A DNA stretch of 19,935 nucleotides, taken from contig DAIDJN010000001.1 of NCBI GenBank assembly GCA_027451365.1, positions 1-19,935 on the forward strand. Reading direction: 5' to 3'. This stretch comes from Phycisphaerales bacterium (GTDB lineage: Bacteria > Planctomycetota > Phycisphaerae > WQYP01). Shown one piece after another: positions 17,788-19,935 of the stretch. The notes under the pieces are model-generated. The model searched no databases, was not told the origin of the DNA, and was given only the letters and a program-made list of their open reading frames with translations. The position numbers and the translations under genes are program-made. Positions within the stretch are counted from its first letter, which is position 1. Every line of letters begins with the position of its first letter.

Positions 17788-18795
17788 CTACAGACAGGCG
17801 AAATCCCGCCATTCTCTGTCGGTGGCGCAGCGAACCTGTTCCCCTTCCACCAGCGACCCGAATAACAGGAGACTAAACTGCCACATGACCCATATTTCCG
17901 GACCGAAGCCCAGGTAACCCGCAAGGCCCGGCAGCGGCATTGCAAAGTAATGGTATCGCGACCAGTATCCCAGAAACGGCAGATGATAGGTCCATTTCGC
18001 CAACGCCCAGTAATTCCAGAATTCCCACAACAGGCCGCAACTTAAGCCACCCAGCATCAGGCAAAGTGTTCGGCCCCATCGTCCCGCCCGCCAGTCTGCG
18101 ATAAGGCTAGGCCGGCCACACCAAGTGTTCACGGGATCCAGCATGAAAATAAGACTGACCCAGATCATCACATTCGCAACTGGATCATGCAGAACAAACG
18201 GAGCCGCAAAAAAGCAGATACCCACCAGGAGTGAAAGAATTTCAAGTGCCCGCGTAATCCGCACCCGGCCCGATTTTACTCGGCCCACGGCGCTGTGCCG
18301 CCAAATTTCCGCCGTCAACAGAAGCGCCGGCGCAATGGCCGCAAAGGCAAGAAAATAGCCGATACATCGGTCCAGCGCGCCGGCGGGCAAACCTTGATAT
18401 TCCCACGCGTGAAGCCCGGTGGCGGCATTGCGCATGAACCGGAAATTCAGCCAGTCAAAATAGCACCACGCCGGTACAGACCACAGCCAAAGCGCCAACA
18501 CCCGATAGCGAAATGTCTGAATCCAGGCCGTGCCTGAAAGCAGGCCCAGCACGCCCATCAGCACCAGCAGATACCCGCACCAGATCCACGGCGTAAAATG
18601 CACCCCCACCAGAAAGCCGGCCGCGTGCGCCCAGCCCGTAGAAAACCAGCCCAGCCGATAGGCCGCCAGGACCGATTCCAATATAAAAATCCAGCCCGCT
18701 CCGACGCGAATCAGACGTATGTTCAGCGGACGCGAGCTCCGGGATAGGGCTATCGGTTCACTTTCGGTCGGTCTAATGGAATCGTCGCCTGCCAT
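17788..18795 (-). CDS. Polytopic membrane protein of unknown function, Trp-rich, ~335 aa
   Basis: Multiple TM segments with an internally repeated pattern (WCYFDWLN..WEYQGLP and LWEFWNYW..KWTYHLP). Start at ATG 18795 is inferred. Confidence 0.7.
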   Translation of the reverse strand: MAGDDSIRPTESEPIALSRSSRPLNIRLIRVGAGWIFILESVLAAYRLGWFSTGWAHAAGFLVGVHFTPWIWCGYLLVLMGVLGLLSGTAWIQTFRYRVLALWLWSVPAWCYFDWLNFRFMRNAATGLHAWEYQGLPAGALDRCIGYFLAFAAIAPALLLTAEIWRHSAVGRVKSGRVRITRALEILSLLVGICFFAAPFVLHDPVANVMIWVSLIFMLDPVNTWCGRPSLIADWRAGRWGRTLCLMLGGLSCGLLWEFWNYWALAKWTYHLPFLGYWSRYHYFAMPLPGLAGYLGFGPEIWVMWQFSLLLFGSLVEGEQVRCATDREWRDFACL

Positions 18796-19037
18796 GGGAC
18801 TTATTCTATCGCAGGACCTGGGTACGAACATCTGCGGTACAGTCCTGCTGAATAACGACTGAATGGACACGGGTCGGACATATTGTCGTACCGATCCGCT
18901 GGTCGGCGGGGCGCGATTCTCGCGTCCTCCTGCGCGACCGGTTGTAACCGCACAGGGAAATGACAATAATGGTGTATGGGGCGCAATGGGGGCGATTAGG
19001 ATTGCCTCTGGCGACCAATTTATAAAGGGGTTTCAGG

Positions 19038-19739
19038 ATGAAGCCGAAATCGATACTTGTTGCCGCTTTCATATTGCCCGTCATGCTGGGGCTTAACGGA
19101 TGCATACACACGCATAGCGACGTGGTTATTTCGCAACCAAAACCGCTGCAGGTGGATGTCAATCTGAATGGCAAATTAACGCTGGTTATTCAAGACGCCC
19201 GCAATGATATGCAATATATCGCGGGGCCGCCACCCGGCGGGCCGTCTACCGCCCCCGCCGGAGGTGCCATAGTTCCCGCCACAATGCCGGCCGCCGCGCC
19301 ACACGCCGCACCGGCCGCTGGCCCGGCCACCACGCAGCCAAGTTCGCTGCGCTTGCGAAATCCGGCCGACAGCACGGTTATTTTTGCCGATGATATTCCC
19401 CCCGCCCAGATGACCACCAAACAGCAGGTGCTGGCCGAGCTTCGCGAAGATTACCCTCGATTGCGCGCGCTGCTTATGAAGCACCTTATTGGCGAAGCCC
19501 ACACCGGATATGTGGAAGCCCGCGGAACGCTGACCGCCAAACAAAAGAAATTAATCCACGAAGACAATGGCTACCGGCGGCGGCTGTATCAGATTGTCGG
19601 CAAATCGACCGGGCAATCTGTTCCGACGGTTGGCCTGATTTACTTTCAGGTGCGCCTGCGTTATTTGCCCGATGGCGTATGGGTTCAGCAGTTGAATAAT
19701 TCCACCGGCCAATGGGTATGGGTCAAGTGGGTCCGATAG
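19038..19739 (+). CDS. Lipoprotein fusing a YnbE-like N-terminal segment to a YdbL (DUF1318) domain through a Pro/Ala linker, 233 aa
   Basis: Lipobox LNGC, then KPLQVDVNLN (YnbE-like). IGEAHTGYV, EDNGYRRRLYQIVG and GVWVQQ...GQW are YdbL-like. Confidence 0.75.
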   Translation: MKPKSILVAAFILPVMLGLNGCIHTHSDVVISQPKPLQVDVNLNGKLTLVIQDARNDMQYIAGPPPGGPSTAPAGGAIVPATMPAAAPHAAPAAGPATTQPSSLRLRNPADSTVIFADDIPPAQMTTKQQVLAELREDYPRLRALLMKHLIGEAHTGYVEARGTLTAKQKKLIHEDNGYRRRLYQIVGKSTGQSVPTVGLIYFQVRLRYLPDGVWVQQLNNSTGQWVWVKWVR

Positions 19740-19832
19740 TCGATCTGACGAGCCCCCAGACAGGCCTCAATCATACTTCTCTCCAACGCTTAATCCGTAG
19801 TTCCCCCCAGTTTAAGCCTATCGAGTCGTTTA

Positions 19833-19845
19833 CAAGCCTTTGATT
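19833..19845 (-). promoter_or_regulatory. Possible IHF-type binding site in an AT-rich intergenic region
   Basis: Minus strand reads AATCAAAGGCTTG, an exact match to the E. coli IHF consensus WATCAANNNNTTR. Function in this organism is unproven. Confidence 0.3.
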
Positions 19846-19935
19846 TATCGTGGTTTGCAGCGATTTTTCGGGTCGATTTTGCCTTAAATTTGTACCCATG
19901 TAAATGTCGTGTTGTAACTTGACATTGTCTTTATT

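Overview
GC-rich bacterial window, probably Planctomycetota (Phycisphaerae-like). That assignment is inferred from gene content, not searched. The first ~2.7 kb is a decaying accessory locus. It holds an Rhs/YD-repeat gene fragment interrupted by a 514-nt element, an RDD-family gene split by one in-frame TGA, and an internally deleted IS4-family mini-element. The 514-nt element is a four-helix-bundle (23S rRNA intervening-sequence-protein family) gene enclosed by an ungapped 51-bp inverted repeat rich in G-U wobble pairs, and the Rhs frame stays open across it. Next come a secreted SASA/SGNH acetylesterase, a repeat-rich intergenic region, tRNA-Lys(CTT), an STN/secretin-N-like protein, a DUF4139 lipoprotein, three small minus-strand genes (a HExxH-like protein lacking its Glu, a small membrane protein, DinB family), yebC, a stand-alone fusA, gnd, a TolC-family protein, a polytopic membrane protein and a YnbE-like/YdbL fusion lipoprotein. 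A REP-like palindrome recurs three times, each near short-period repeats or an empty long stem. The most interesting signal is the rRNA-IVS-like element inside a protein-coding gene, with possible empty or orphan relatives elsewhere in the window.
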